From the NCBI GenBank assembly GCA_020137815.1, contig CM035360.1:7626001-7690000 (forward strand): a DNA stretch of 64,000 nucleotides, in the 5' to 3' direction. This DNA is from Hormiphora californensis (Eukaryota; Animalia; Ctenophora). The position numbers and the translations under genes are program-made. Shown here in pieces: positions 46,601-58,953 of the stretch. Each line of letters starts with the position of its first letter. Position 1 is the stretch's first letter. The notes under the pieces are model-generated. The model did not search any database, had not been told where the DNA came from, and was given only the letters and a program-made list of their open reading frames with translations.

Positions 46601-49600
46601 AGATTTATTCATTATTGAAAAAGAAAAAAAAGATGTACGTGTTTCCTAATTAAAAGTGCAAAACAACAATACAAGACATCTTGACACCAAAAGTTTGCTC
46701 ATAACTTCTAGAAGTAAACTCCCAATAACACTCCTCCACTAGGTGCGTACTAAGATCACAAAGGAGGGCTATGTGAAGATGAACAGGGGAATTAACGACT
46801 CTAATGATCTACCTCGGGAGTACTTGTTAGAGATCTATGATGATATCTCAGCTAATGAAATTAAAATGAAGTACGACAAGGCTGACCTGCAGAGGGTCAA
46901 TGCAACACGTACGTTTTATACTTGTCACAGAGGGGGTAATTTATAGACGGAGAGAGACTAGAGAGAGGGGCAAAGAGAGAGAGAGACGGACTAGATAGAT
47001 CCTAGAGAGAGCGGGAATATATATTATGAAGGGAGAGAGGGAGAAAAAGAGAAGGCGGGGGTACAGCTGGTATATAATGATGTATGCTGCAATATTCTAA
47101 TGAGGGTTGTTACAGGTTCAGGAACCGAGACACAGAAACGTCAAATGTACGACCAGGCGTTAACAGACTTGGGTAAGCCACATCTATTTTAATAAATTCC
47201 CTACCCGATCTCCTTTGCCATTGTTGTCCTCTAAATAAACTCAGCAACAATACACTAAAAGCTTGTAGACACCAAAATCTTTTAGGAAACCTAATATTCC
47301 TGCTAAGTGCTATAATAGCTCACACCCTCTAACCTCTCCCTCCCTCTCTGCCAGGAAATAACTAACCTCTCCCTCCCTCCCTCCCAGGAAAGAACTAACC
47401 CCCTCCCTCCCTGCCAGGAAAGAACGCGTTGAACATGATGGAGGGTGTTAGTAAGAAGGATACTACCTTCATGTCAGCCTCCCACTCAGAACATGTTAGA
47501 CCCATGTTGATGCTCACATGGACCCCCTTCCTCGCTGTATTCAGTATAACGCTACAAGACAGCAACGATGCTGAACTCATTGCACTCTGTCTAGACGGGT
47601 TCAGATGCGCTGTCAGGGTCTCCTGTATCTTTAATAGCAAGGTACGTGGTTGAAATGGGGTGATGTTTTAATGTCTTAGAGATCAGTCGCTCACATCATA
47701 ATCATAATATCATAATATCTGCATATAATATGATATAAAATCAGCGAGCGAGAAAAGCAGTACAATAAACCCTAAAAATGTGGTTTCTCGAAGCCGTGTG
47801 ATAAAGTCTCTCTCCCCCCCTGCTGCAGGTAGAGAGATCAGCGTATATCCAGTCTCTAGCCCGGTTCACTATGTTGAATGTAAACAGTGGATTCAGTGAG
47901 ATTAGACCCAAGAATCTGGAGACAATTAAAACACTGATATCTGTTGCGTACAGTGACTGTAACTACCTGGAGGAGAGTTGGTATGATGTAAGTTACCGAG
48001 AGAGATGGGACAAACACTGTAGCATGAGAACTCAGAACAGTAAGAAGAGAGATCAAACTCTGTTCGTATGAGGACAGCAAGTATGGAGAACTGTATTTAT
48101 TTTGGATTTGGGATATTCAGACTCTCACAACACTTCCCTCAGATTCTGAAAGTAATTAGTCAGTTGGAATTAGCACAACTGATTGGAACTGGAGTAAAGA
48201 CAAAGTTCCTGGAGAAGGAAACTAGTAAGTAACTTCCCATTCTTCTTAAAATTCTCTGTTCCTGAAATCTGAGTAGATGGGCTTTTTAAACCCTCCTCAC
48301 TAGACTTCCTGTAAACTCCATCTGTATGATACTATCATACCCCTCTCGTTCTCCAGTGATGGATAGGAAGCTGGTGACGACACTACAGCAGACACTGGGG
48401 ACTAGTTCCAATCAGAGTGTTATTGTAGCTGTGGACAAGATATTTACTGGCTCACCCCGCCTTGATGGACATGCTATTGGTAAGTAGAAAGAGGGTCCAT
48501 ATATGGTTATACCGCTGAGTTCCATGATCCATCTAGACGATATTGGGAATCATTATCGTACCGCGGTGTTGGTTGGTGGTGGTAATGTGTTTTAGGCTAA
48601 CTTTATCCATCCCCCATCCCAGTATATTTTGTGGATGCGCTATGTAAGGTATCGATGGAGGAACTGAACAACCCTGTCTCTCCCCGGATGTTCTCTCTGC
48701 AGAAGATAGTAGAGATCAGCTACTACAATATGAACCGTATCAGACTGGAGTGGAGCAAGATATGGCAGGTCATTGGAGATCATTTTAACAAGGTACGGAA
48801 TAGAACACCATCGATTAGTGAGTACTATAAAGCGGTCGAGTAACGAGTTACTCTTTTTACATCACCCACGTTATAATCTAAACATTGATTTCAGGTGGGA
48901 TGTTCGCATTTGGAAGAGGTAGCTGTATTTGCTGTAGACTCCCTCCGACAACTATCCATGAAGTTCTTGGAGAAGGGAGAGTTGCCTAATTTCCGATTCC
49001 AGAAGGATTTCCTGAGGCCCTTTGAGCACATAATGAAGGAAAATGGAAGCAATGCTATAAGGGATCTGGTTGTCAGGTGTATCGCTCAGATGGTAGGTAG
49101 CGCCCCCCCTCCGCCCCCCTTTTTCCATAGCAACTGCACTATTTCCTTACATCTCCAGAATAGATCACCATATGTAGCCTCTGTCTCCAGGTGAACAGTC
49201 AAGCGAAGAACATCAAGTCAGGGTGGAACAATATCTTTAGTGTGTTCCACATTGCAGCAGCTGATAGTGATCAGGCTATAGTGGAACTAGCCTTCCAAAC
49301 CACTGCCAGCATCTTTGATCTATACTTCTCGGTTAGTAGTTAGTAGTTACTATTGGGGATGTCCTTACCTTGGTTTGATTTCGTATATCTAAAGCCCCCC
49401 CACCATCTAAAGGGGAAATGTCTTGCTAACAGATCACATATCGTTTCAGGTGATAGGTGATTCGTTCCAAGACGCAGTGAAATGTCTGTCAGAGTTTGCA
49501 TGTAATGCTGCCTTCCCTGACACATCGATGGAAGCAATACGTCTCATCAGAAGATGCGCTAACTACGTGTCAGAACACCCTGAGGTAAGTAGTACGTGGT

Positions 49601-52362
49601 AACCATGGTAACTAGTGGTAACCATGGTAAATATTGGTTACCATGGTAACTAGTGGTTGGCATGGTTATTACTGGCATGGTTAACTAATAACTATTGGTA
49701 CCCATAGCAACATAGTGCTAACTTCCATTAGAATCTAACCCTCTTCATTTCAGAGGTTCTCTGGGGAGGATAACATAACAGAAAATGTGTGGGTAAAGGG
49801 ATGGTTCCCTGTCCTTTTTGAACTGAGTTGTATCATAAACCGATGTAAACTTGACGTCAGAACTAGGTATGTGTCAGAGACATTCCTTAAACTTATTTTC
49901 GTCTTATTTCGTCCCCTCACATTACTGCAATTCGTCCAGAGCCCCTTTTAACCTCTTCAGGGCCCCTTTTTAACCACTATTCTTCAGGGCCCTGACTGTA
50001 ATGTTTGAGATAATGAAGTTCCATGGAGACAGCTACAAAGTGTCCTGGTGGAAGGATCTCTTTAGGATTGTCTTCAGGATATTTGACAATGTAAAAACCG
50101 CTGGATCAGCATCACCCGAGGTAGTAGTACCTTGGGTGCATTCAATACACACACTAACACGATACATGATGTAACCATGGTAACATGATGTTACATGATC
50201 AGCAGCTGGCAGTTAAAATGATTAGAATGCTAATTGCTATTCAGCTGTATTAAACTCTATCGTGCTGCTAGCACCATTATGATTATGACAACCCAATGAA
50301 AATGATCTGCATCAGCTCCTGATCCTCCCCACCCTAACCTCCTTCTCTCTTTCTCTCTCTCTCTCTCACTAGAAGCAGACTAGAGAACCCTAACCTCTCC
50401 CCTCCCTCTCTCCAGAAGCAGAAGGTGCAACGGAAAGAGTGGATGACAACAACATGTAATCATGCCCTGTATGCTGTTGTGGATGTGTACACCCAGCACT
50501 TTGCCATCCTCTCCCAGCTCCTCCCTGACCTCCTGCTTCTTATACAGTGGTGTGTCAAACAAGGTATGATGTCACAATAGACTGCACTCTTCGAGCAGCG
50601 TGTGTGATATTACAGTCAGTGTCTGACAAGATGTTGTGGATCTGCATCAGTTGTGTCCTTTATTGTGTTTGGAGTGGAATCAGCTCTGTGCCGGGATATA
50701 TCTCCACCTCTGTATGAGGGGGGGGGGGGCTGATTACAACTTTGGTGCAGATATCATTTAGAGAAACAATGTGATTTATTTCAAACAAGGTCTGATGAGG
50801 ACCCACGAGCTCGTACGAGGGTGCTAATGGATTTATAGTTTCTGAAAATACCTTGATATCTTGGTCACATTCTTCCTTTCATTCTCTCGGCTAGCTCTCT
50901 CCTTCTAACTTTCTCTTTCTTTTCCAGATAGCGAACAACTAGCTAAGTCTGGTATGAACTGTATGGAGAATCTGGTAATGGGAGTGGGACATGATTTCCA
51001 ACAATCTCACTGGGACAAGATTATAGCCGCCATAACAGATGTATATGCAACCACGCTCCCTGCTGATTTGAGACACTGGAAACCATCCCTGGATGCCGCA
51101 TACGATCAGGTACTGTTATACAGGAATAAGGGAGGGGATAGTCGCGTATCATTGCTGTAAGGGGTTAGATGTGTTTCATCTCGCTTATAACCACATAAAT
51201 GTTGGTCATCATCCCTGACACCAAGTATTCCAGGTTTCAGTGAACAGTGATACGAGTACCAACTACATGGAGCCAGACAACACCCAGTTAGCAGTGGGAC
51301 GGGCAGATAGGGTTCATTTTCAGAGGCTACAGATCAGATCTCTAGTGCAGATAGAGATAATACAGACGATAGATAACATCATATTCTATCCAACTAACAG
51401 CGCTAAAGAAGATGCCACCAATGACCCGGTATGTGATATAGTTGAGGTAGTCAGTCCCAGGGAAATAATTGTATTTGAATCTGAACACAAAATATGGACA
51501 AAATACCATCCCCCCCCCCTAAACGCACCACTCCCCACCCTCTAGTTCCAGAAGATAAACGAGGAGGGTAAGGCAGTAGATACCAGTCCTGAAGGAATGT
51601 TCCGATACCTCAACTCTGAACAGTTGTTCACAGTAGTAGACTGCCTCCTGGAGAGTCACAAGTTTGCAAAGGGATTCAATCAGGATATTGATCAAAGGAG
51701 CATCCTACTGAAATACGGTGAGTGGTCCCTTCCCCTGACCTATCGTTATAGTAATATCTCTACATACTTTTGATTCTCCTATTAGTTTTGTCGGGAACTA
51801 AATCTCTGTATTTACAGGTTTCTCCGGGAAGACCCTGCCAGATCTACAAAGACAGGAGATATCCTCTCTTCTCTGTCTACTGAGGATCCTTTACAAGATA
51901 TACACGGATGAGACGAGGGTGGATGATTGGCAGAAAACTGAGCTGTACCTTCACAAACTGACAATTGAGAGTTTTGAGTTCTTCCTGATGTTGGAGGAGG
52001 GAGATAAGAGGAGGGAGTGTTGGAGTGATGTTGCTAAACTCCTCCTCAAGAAGATGGCACTATTAGACGATCAGAGGGTGAGTTGGAATCATTGGGATAT
52101 CCTTCATTTCCCTCACACAAAGTCACGTGAGAGGGAAAGATATGTTTGGGATTGTGGGAAATCACTGAAAACCCTAACCCCCCCCCTCTCCTCTCAGTTC
52201 ACTGTGATACTAGCTAAATGCTACAACCAGATCTGCAGCATTATAGCCCAAGAGATTACCCAGGATCTCCAAGTGGTCCTTAGTAAGTTCTTCCTGCGAG
52301 CCAAGGTACCTCTTCTTTCTGGGTATGCTAACTCCAATTCGGACCATATCCCACTACGGTAA
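40649..52362 (+). CDS. ARFGEF1: Brefeldin A-inhibited ARF GEF (BIG1/BIG2, Sec7 domain), many exons
   Basis: [111 protein letters not shown]. Confidence 0.95.
41626..41739 (+). ncRNA. Candidate intronic H/ACA snoRNA
   Basis: GC-rich hairpin GACACAGTCGGGGA...TCTTGGTTGTGTC, H box AAAGTA (41678-41683), second hairpin closed by TTCAG/TTGAA, ACA at 41734-41736. Confidence 0.45.
42648..42939 (-). CDS. Candidate nested antisense single-pass membrane microprotein (~80 aa)
   Basis: Acceptor TCTTCTCCCTCTTCTAG just before the [54 protein letters not shown]; a 49-nt GT-AG intron (42739-42787) would extend the frame to ..TMAIYV*. Confidence 0.4.
44337..44529. mobile_element. Penelope-like fold-back insertion carrying a minimal hammerhead ribozyme
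   Basis: 14-bp TSD GACATTAGAAATAT (44323-44336 / 44530-44543); 56-bp inverted arms; the - strand reads TTTTTT-CTGACGA-TTGCGAAAGCAT-GAAA-CTATTAG-TA-AAAAA. Confidence 0.7.
44594..44765. mobile_element. Short deletion derivative of the CAGTCGGACCCCG MITE family
   Basis: Same TIR and TA TSD as 18737-19601; a further single TIR remnant lies at 46288. Confidence 0.9.
49598..49712. repeat. Intronic minisatellite of GTAACCATGGTAAC palindromic units
   Basis: About 5 degenerate ~19-21-bp units; one reads GTTACCATGGTAAC. Confidence 0.7.
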
Positions 52363-52954
52363 AGAGTGTTTGGTACGTGTAGAGAGTGTTTAGTAGGCTG
52401 TTATTAGATATGTGAACTATGGGAAACTGTGACTGCAGAAATATAGAGACTCACATGTGTATCTTTCCTTTATTATTGTTGTGGTGATATATGAGAAACT
52501 GTGGAACATTGTTCCATGAATTGTATGGAACATTGTTCCTTGAATTGTGTGGAACATTGTTCCTGGTATTGTTCCCTTCTAGAGACACTAGTTTGCATGT
52601 GCAGTTGTTTGTGTGTGTACAGTGTGTGTTTATGTAGTGTTATAATTCGTAAAACAGAGACATTGTGTGTGTGATTTCCCCCAAAATGTGCAATGGCTGG
52701 ACCCATCGCAACCAGTATTATATATGTGATTATGTGTAAGATGCGGATATATATCTTTTTCTTTGTTTTACTTACTTCCGAACCCATTAGATACGGCTAT
52801 GTTTTGTTGTTATTATCATCTCGGTAGACAAGGATCTCTTCAATATCCTCTCCAGTCTCCAACATCCAGTCCCTACACTCTCTATTTTCTACCCTCTCTA
52901 GCTCTCAGTTCCCTTGTCTACCGAGACCACTACTCGTTATGACAGTTGTACGTC

Positions 52955-53310
52955 TATGGTGGTATAAATGGCTACCCCGCATATTTCAACTGTTTTGTGT
53001 AATAAATTCCTTGTTTACCTCTAATTCATTTGTTTTAATCTGAATATCTCTTAAAAATTTGGATTTTGAAAAATAAAAATCTAAAAACTAAAACCTGAAA
53101 CCGGAAAAGAAAAATACAAAAAATAAAACACAAAAAATAAAATAGAAAAGTAAAATTCTAAAAAATGAAATTTCTGAAAAAGAAAGAAAAAAAACTGAAA
53201 AGTTGTTTTCCTGAAAAGTTGTTTTCTGGATTCATGGTAGAAATGGCTACTTGGTAGAAATGGCTACCCGCATGGCGCGGAAAAGACACGTCGATAACGA
53301 GGTAGAACAA

Positions 53311-53399
<89 letters not shown>

Positions 53400-53436
53400 T
53401 CTCTCTCTGATCTGTCTTTTTCTCTCTGTTTCTGTT

Positions 53437-53467
<31 letters not shown>

Positions 53468-53580
53468 GGTAGAATCTACGTCAGGCTAACGGACTGCTCG
53501 ACTGCTCTCGCATGGGACCTTACGGTCCCATGTGGGAGTGGTGCGTGTAGTGGACCGAGAGAGAAAGAAAGAGAGAGAGG

Positions 53581-53651
<71 letters not shown>

Positions 53652-54057
53652 AGAGAGAGAAAGAGGGAGAGAGAGAAAGAAGGAGAGAGAGAAAGAGAGA
53701 GAAATTTGTTCTACCTCGTTATCGACGTGTCTTTTCAGCGCCATGCGGGTAGCCATTTCTACCAAGTAGCCATTTCTACCATGAATCCAGAAAACAACTT
53801 TTCAGGAAAACAACTTTTCAGTTTTTTCTTTCTTTTTCAGAAATTTCATTTTTTAGAATTTTACTTTTCTATTTTATTTTTTGTATTTTATTTTTGTATT
53901 TTTCTTTTCCGGCTTCAGGTTTTAGTTTTTAGATTTTTATTTTTCAAAATCCAAATTTTTAAGAGATATTCAGATTAAAAAAATGAATTAGAGGTAAACA
54001 AGGAATTTATTACACAAAACAGTTGAAATAAGCGGGGTAGCCATTTATACCACCATA
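52955..54057. mobile_element. 1.1-kb fold-back MITE with internal (CT)n/(AG)n arms
   Basis: Long TIRs TATGGTGGTATAAATGGCTACCCCGC..., with GTACGTC duplicated at 52948-52954 and 54058-54064. Confidence 0.88.
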
Positions 54058-54481
54058 GTACGTCACTACCCTAACAACATTTGTTTCAGGTTGATTGCCA
54101 ATAACACTCAGTGTATGTTGTCTAGTGGGTACATACAATCCTCTTCCTTATGTCAGAATACACCTCTTAACCACACGTTGTAATGTGACACCACATTCTC
54201 TGTGTATAATCTTTTGTGCTACTTCACCATATATTTGAAGTATTTCTTCTCTACAATCCCACTGCTTCTCAAGAATTTGAATCGTTACGTCACTCAGAGT
54301 TGGTGCCCTAATTTGGTAACATCGTGATCTAACATGATGAAGAAGAGATCGGTAAGTTTCCGGTAACTTGATCACCACACCGCCCTCTACAAATTCTATT
54401 GTCCCCACTGTACATCATTGTTTTGAGTTTTCTTTGCTTCACCCTTTGAGGCTTTCATCACTGTTTGTGTGTGTTTGTGCT

Positions 54482-57400
54482 ATGAAATCCAAGGTACAAT
54501 TAAATAGTTCTCCTAATCTTTTGATTATAGTTCTTGTGTTTATTGGACAAGTTAGACTCGCTGGATATTATTGGATGAAACCAGATATTTCGGTGTTTAA
54601 CACCATCATCAGTAGTAGCTCAAATTAATTTGTTTAAAGTAGTGTTGAAAAGTTTGAAAGTTTCAAACTTTTCAACACTACTTTAAACAAATTAATTTGA
54701 GCTACTACTGATGATGGTGTTAAACACCGAAATATCTGGTTTCATCCAATAATATCCAGCGAGTCTAACTTGTCCAATAAACACAAGAACTATTATCAAT
54801 CATGAGACTCAAGAATAGTCAAGCGCTACATTATTTGTAATCTTTTGATTCTCTTGATTATGTTTCACACCCTCCCTCCAGCTTCCCCTTCAGTTCAAGG
54901 GATCCAATGCAGCTGTTAGTTTACCAGTGGTGTTACCCCGGGGTGATAGCAGAAAGAACCTCCGGAGAACAGAGCAACCCACCTTGTCAAGGATGAAGAA
55001 ACTGGGGAAGAAAGATGTTCTAGATGTACCATTCTTTGATAGGTAACCATGTTAACAACTTGTTAACCTCGTTACCATGTTAACACTGCCAATCATTCAG
55101 GTTGATCGTTGTGAGGTTGAGGGATGAAGGAGGGGTGTTTGTTCCCTACATCCACTACTCCTACCCTGTGCCTGAGGTAGAGACTCAACCTGCCCTCCCT
55201 CTCTTTTGCTTTCCTGACTCGGATAAGATAACAGAAGGTTCGTACTGGGGCAGAGAAATGTGGGATGGGAAACAGGGACATATATGGGGTGACAGGAGTC
55301 AGGACACAAGGTGACAGGAAAGGGGAGGAAGCTGGGGCACGATGATTTCCTTTTAACCCCCTTCTTTCCTCAGCTAATACGGGTGTTGGCAGTAGCTACT
55401 CCTTTGTGCTGACTGACGTGACTGGAGAAAGGCAACATGGGTACTGTAAGAGAGTGAAATCCCGGGACTCTTGTCAGCCCCAGGTAACAATCTCCCATTA
55501 ATTACCTCTAGCTCTGCTTTTAGAAAGATTCCCACATAACAACTATACTTCATCTTTCCTTATTGTAGGTGTACTGTATTATTAGTAAACTGGGTTGTTT
55601 CTCCCTGTATGGTCGACTACTTACAAAACTAGAGGAGCTCCATTCAGTGTCTGATGCGGCGGTTAAGGGGTTCCTAGCTGGTTGCGTTTCACAGTGTGTG
55701 CCAGCCCCTGGTTCTAAAATAACTGTGACCCAACTTAACCACAAAACAGGTACTAAACCAGGAGGCTAGACTTGACACTTTAGACTGGTATAATAGTAAC
55801 TAGAACATGTTGTTCCATTTAGACTGCTGTTCGGGTCGTCACACGAGACAGTCTGAAAAAATAGGGAACTTAGGGAAGAATTTAATACTTGGTCTCTTGA
55901 TATGTTACATCGGGGTTACATCCCACTCCAGGACAGTTTGAGAACGTGGTGATAGAGAGACCCATGGATGGACAGAGATTAGAACATGTTCAACTTGGAT
56001 ACCTCTTCCAATTCCTACAAATAGATCAGGTATGTGTTACTAGAGAAGAGCTCGACGACATGCATTCACTTCTCCAGTTCATTTTCCTCTAGATCTAACA
56101 CTCCCTACTTTTCAAGGTGATCCAGTTATTTGCAAGTGTGTTGTTAGAACGCCGCATCCTAATATCTTCCTCCCACCATCACCTCTCCAAATTGAGCAGC
56201 TGTGTGTCCTGCATGGCTACCCTCACCTACCCCCTCCATTGGGAGTGTATCTTTATACCCATGTTACCACGACAAATGATACATGTGAGTAGGGGGCGGT
56301 GAAATACTTTGTTGTCTTACTCAACAAGAAAAACTGGGAGCCACATTTTGATTATTCTTGAACTGCTCCATCTAGTCTACAGTTCTGACACTAACACGTT
56401 GTCTCCTCTCCAGGCTGTGTTAGCCCCAACCCCCTTCCTGATTGGGGCCCTAACTGAAGATCTAAAGGAAGTTGAGAGGGATCTGGCACACGAAGAGGAA
56501 CCAATGCTGCATTTCAATCTGGATACTGGACAACTTATTAGGTATTACTGATTTTCCAGTATTTACTAGCAGTACTTGTTATAATAGTCTTGGTTGATGG
56601 CTAGCCCATGGCTAGGTTGCCTATAATTGACTTATTATTCCTTGTATAATTGGTACCTTCCTAATCTTCATTTCTCAAATCTAACCCTCCTATCCCCTGT
56701 ACAGTTGTTATGGTGACGAAGAGAGTCTGCTGCCACACAAATCACGTGACATGTTGAGATCTGCTCTGGAGGAGACGGTACAGAATCTGGGACAGGATGT
56801 AGACAAGAACAATCTGGCTATCTCACAAGTGTTTCTCCTCTTCATGTACAAACTACTAGGACACTACAAGAACCATCTGGTATGTTGACATGTGATGTTA
56901 GTTACGAACTACTGCTGTGTTATTCAGTTTAATTTTCTTGGTAGCTCTGACAGTGGCAGTGGAACCTGATTTAGAGTATGACCAGGATGATCAAGCGTCG
57001 ATCCTAAAAACATCGGGGGCAAGCAAGTGGCATCGGAATTTCTTAGTCTCACAAGGGCTCTGAACTCAGTACACTCAGCCCCGGTGATACCAGGGGCACG
57101 GAGAAGTTGCGAAAAAATAACCTGATTTAGATTTTTTTTTTTGAGACTTCCCCGTGCTAACATTTGTCACTCCCTGTATTACATAACATGTACCTGTGTC
57201 CACGGTTTGACAGATGTTAACTCTGCAGCCACATGATTAACCCCGGTAGTAGGGCCGGAATACTGCCTTTGGGTACCCAATCACTGGTACACTACCTAAT
57301 CAAGCGGGTAGTATAGTTACCTGTCTGGCGACGCCGCCCCGTTCTGAACGCATCATCTCGGGATCTGTCGCCGCCAGTCAAGTAGTTACAGTATAAAGTC

Positions 57401-57835
57401 AAGCAAGCTTGAAACTGGCATAGCATACGACGGTACAACTTATTGCACTTCCCAGCACAGATGTATATTGGGTTCGGGGATGAAGCTGGCAAGGTCAATG
57501 TTCGTGATGCTGCATTTTGTGTTCATGATTGTCAAGGAGTGAGCGCCATTTGCTGTTCAACCTGATTTAGATTATTGATCGACATTTCTCACAGTTTATT
57601 AATCTGTTTATTCTCTCACTAGATTGATTTTCACGGTCACAGAGAGGTGGATTTGACTACCTTTATACCAGCAACGAGGCGTTACCTCCGACCCCTCATG
57701 GACAAAGTATCTGAAACCCAAGCTCTCAGCGTCTTCTCCATCAACATTTGTGACCCTCGGGAATTTGAACAGTTCAAAACTCTAACAGAGGAGAGACACG
57801 CTAGCCAATCACACTGGCGTAGAACTTTTAGTTGA
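54482..57835 (+). CDS. DENN domain Rab GEF, DENND2 family
   Basis: LPLFCFPD, YSFVLTDVTGERQHGYCKR, VYCIISKLGCFSLYGRLL, IQLFASVLLERRILI, TLTYPLHWECIFIPMLP, APTPFLIG. MKSK|LPLQ splices in frame. Confidence 0.85.
54527..54837. mobile_element. Palindromic retroposon: inverted copy + spliced leader + hammerhead ribozyme + 3' extension
   Basis: 13-bp TSD TAATCTTTTGATT (54514-54526 / 54838-54850); perfect 133-bp arms around G54660; SL-like sequence at 54660-54701; hammerhead core at 54704-54740. Confidence 0.8.
54704..54740 (+). ncRNA. Minimal type I hammerhead ribozyme (mirror copy on the - strand at 54580-54616)
   Basis: ACTA-CTGATGA-T-GGTGT(TAA)ACACC-GAAA-TA-TC-TGGT: conserved core, 5-bp helix II, palindromic minimal helix III, helix I ACTA/TGGT. 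Confidence 0.75.
56976..57558. mobile_element. Two tail-to-tail retroposed fragments separated and flanked by three copies of a 13-bp site
   Basis: AACCTGATTTAGA at 56963, 57119 and 57559. The left insert ends in an A-run and the right insert starts with a T-run. Confidence 0.6.
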
Positions 57836-58237
57836 GGAATATTGTTGGTTTAATTTCTATGTTTTAATTTTACAAGATCAGGATGTGAATTGATTGTTGT
57901 AAATTTTAATCGATCTTTCATTCTTTGTTAGAAATATCTGCCTCTATCATTTGTTGCACGCGAGAATACTGAAAGTGCGAAGCGCTTTCTAATGCACGTT
58001 GAGTTATGAGCCGCGCGTTCGATGTTTTCAAGCAATCTTCAAATAAAAATCCCACTCACTGGCAAAAACGTTTTTAAAAAACACCTCTTTCAAACTTTTT
58101 GAGGCGAAAATTTAGAATCCGGCTGTCTTTGTGCCATAATACCTAAAGTTTATATGTGCCAGGTGGTATTAGTGGGTCATAATTACTGGTTAGACCGTAA
58201 AGTGTTACTTTTATTTCCATACCATTCCCCTGAGCCC

Positions 58238-58538
58238 CAGGGGTGTAGGAATGATTTTTCAAGTGAGGGGGCGAAGTCACGTGACCAATTACAGCGCTGG
58301 CCAGCGCCCAAGAAATTTTTTTTTGAGCAAGATTTAGTCACCTATTCCATTGCATTTACTGTACATCGGGCGGAGCGACAGCGGAGCCCGAGAAAATTTT
58401 TAGGGTTTTGAGTCAAAAAGTTATGATTTCGTCATTTGGGAGTGAGTGTTGACTGTTGGCGACAAAAGTGAGGGGGCGAACCTGGCCAAAAGTGGGGGGC
58501 GGCCGCCCCCTCGCCCCCCCCCTATTCCTACACCCCTG
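58238..58538. mobile_element. hAT-type MITE
   Basis: TIR CAGGGGTGTAGGAAT...ATTCCTACACCCCTG with 8-bp TSD CTGAGCCC. Confidence 0.9.
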
Positions 58539-58953
58539 CTGAGCCCGCCTTTGCCGCCCAAAAAGAGATGCACTTTTTGGTGGACGGTAACGTTTTGATC
58601 TGAGAGTGATTTGTGATTACACTGGAATGATGCAGTTGTAGAAAAATGTCTTAGTCGACAGCTGATGTTCAAGTGACACTTTTCATTCGAGTCATCGGTT
58701 CTGTAATCGTATGCTCCGATGCTTTAGAGAATCCGGAACCGGACCGGAAGGCAGAATCGTTAGATTAGTCAGTATGTTTAAAACATTTAAATATTACTCT
58801 AACAGTTAAGGATATAAAGTGGAATATTAAGTTTTATGTTGATGTGGATCGTGTTCTGCATCAAATGTGATGATTGGTCATTTAATTGAGGCTGGGGCTG
58901 TTAAAATTTAAATCTTCAAATTCAATTTTTGTTCAAATTTCAACTCTTTAAAT

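Noticed and set aside
50785-50856. Hammerhead or C/D snoRNA (CAAGGT-CTGATGA...CTGAAAATACCTTG)
   Set aside because: No helix II/III geometry for a hammerhead; the C/D stem spacing is non-canonical and no target was recognised.
54148-54408. 86-aa minus-strand ORF as the Penelope ORF or a nested gene
   Set aside because: It lies outside the TSDs, has no ATG start or recognisable motif, and falls in the probable DENND2 5' exon.
54660-54701. SL RNA gene
   Set aside because: The leader is followed by CTACTA, not a GT donor and Sm site, and lies within a TSD-flanked palindrome.
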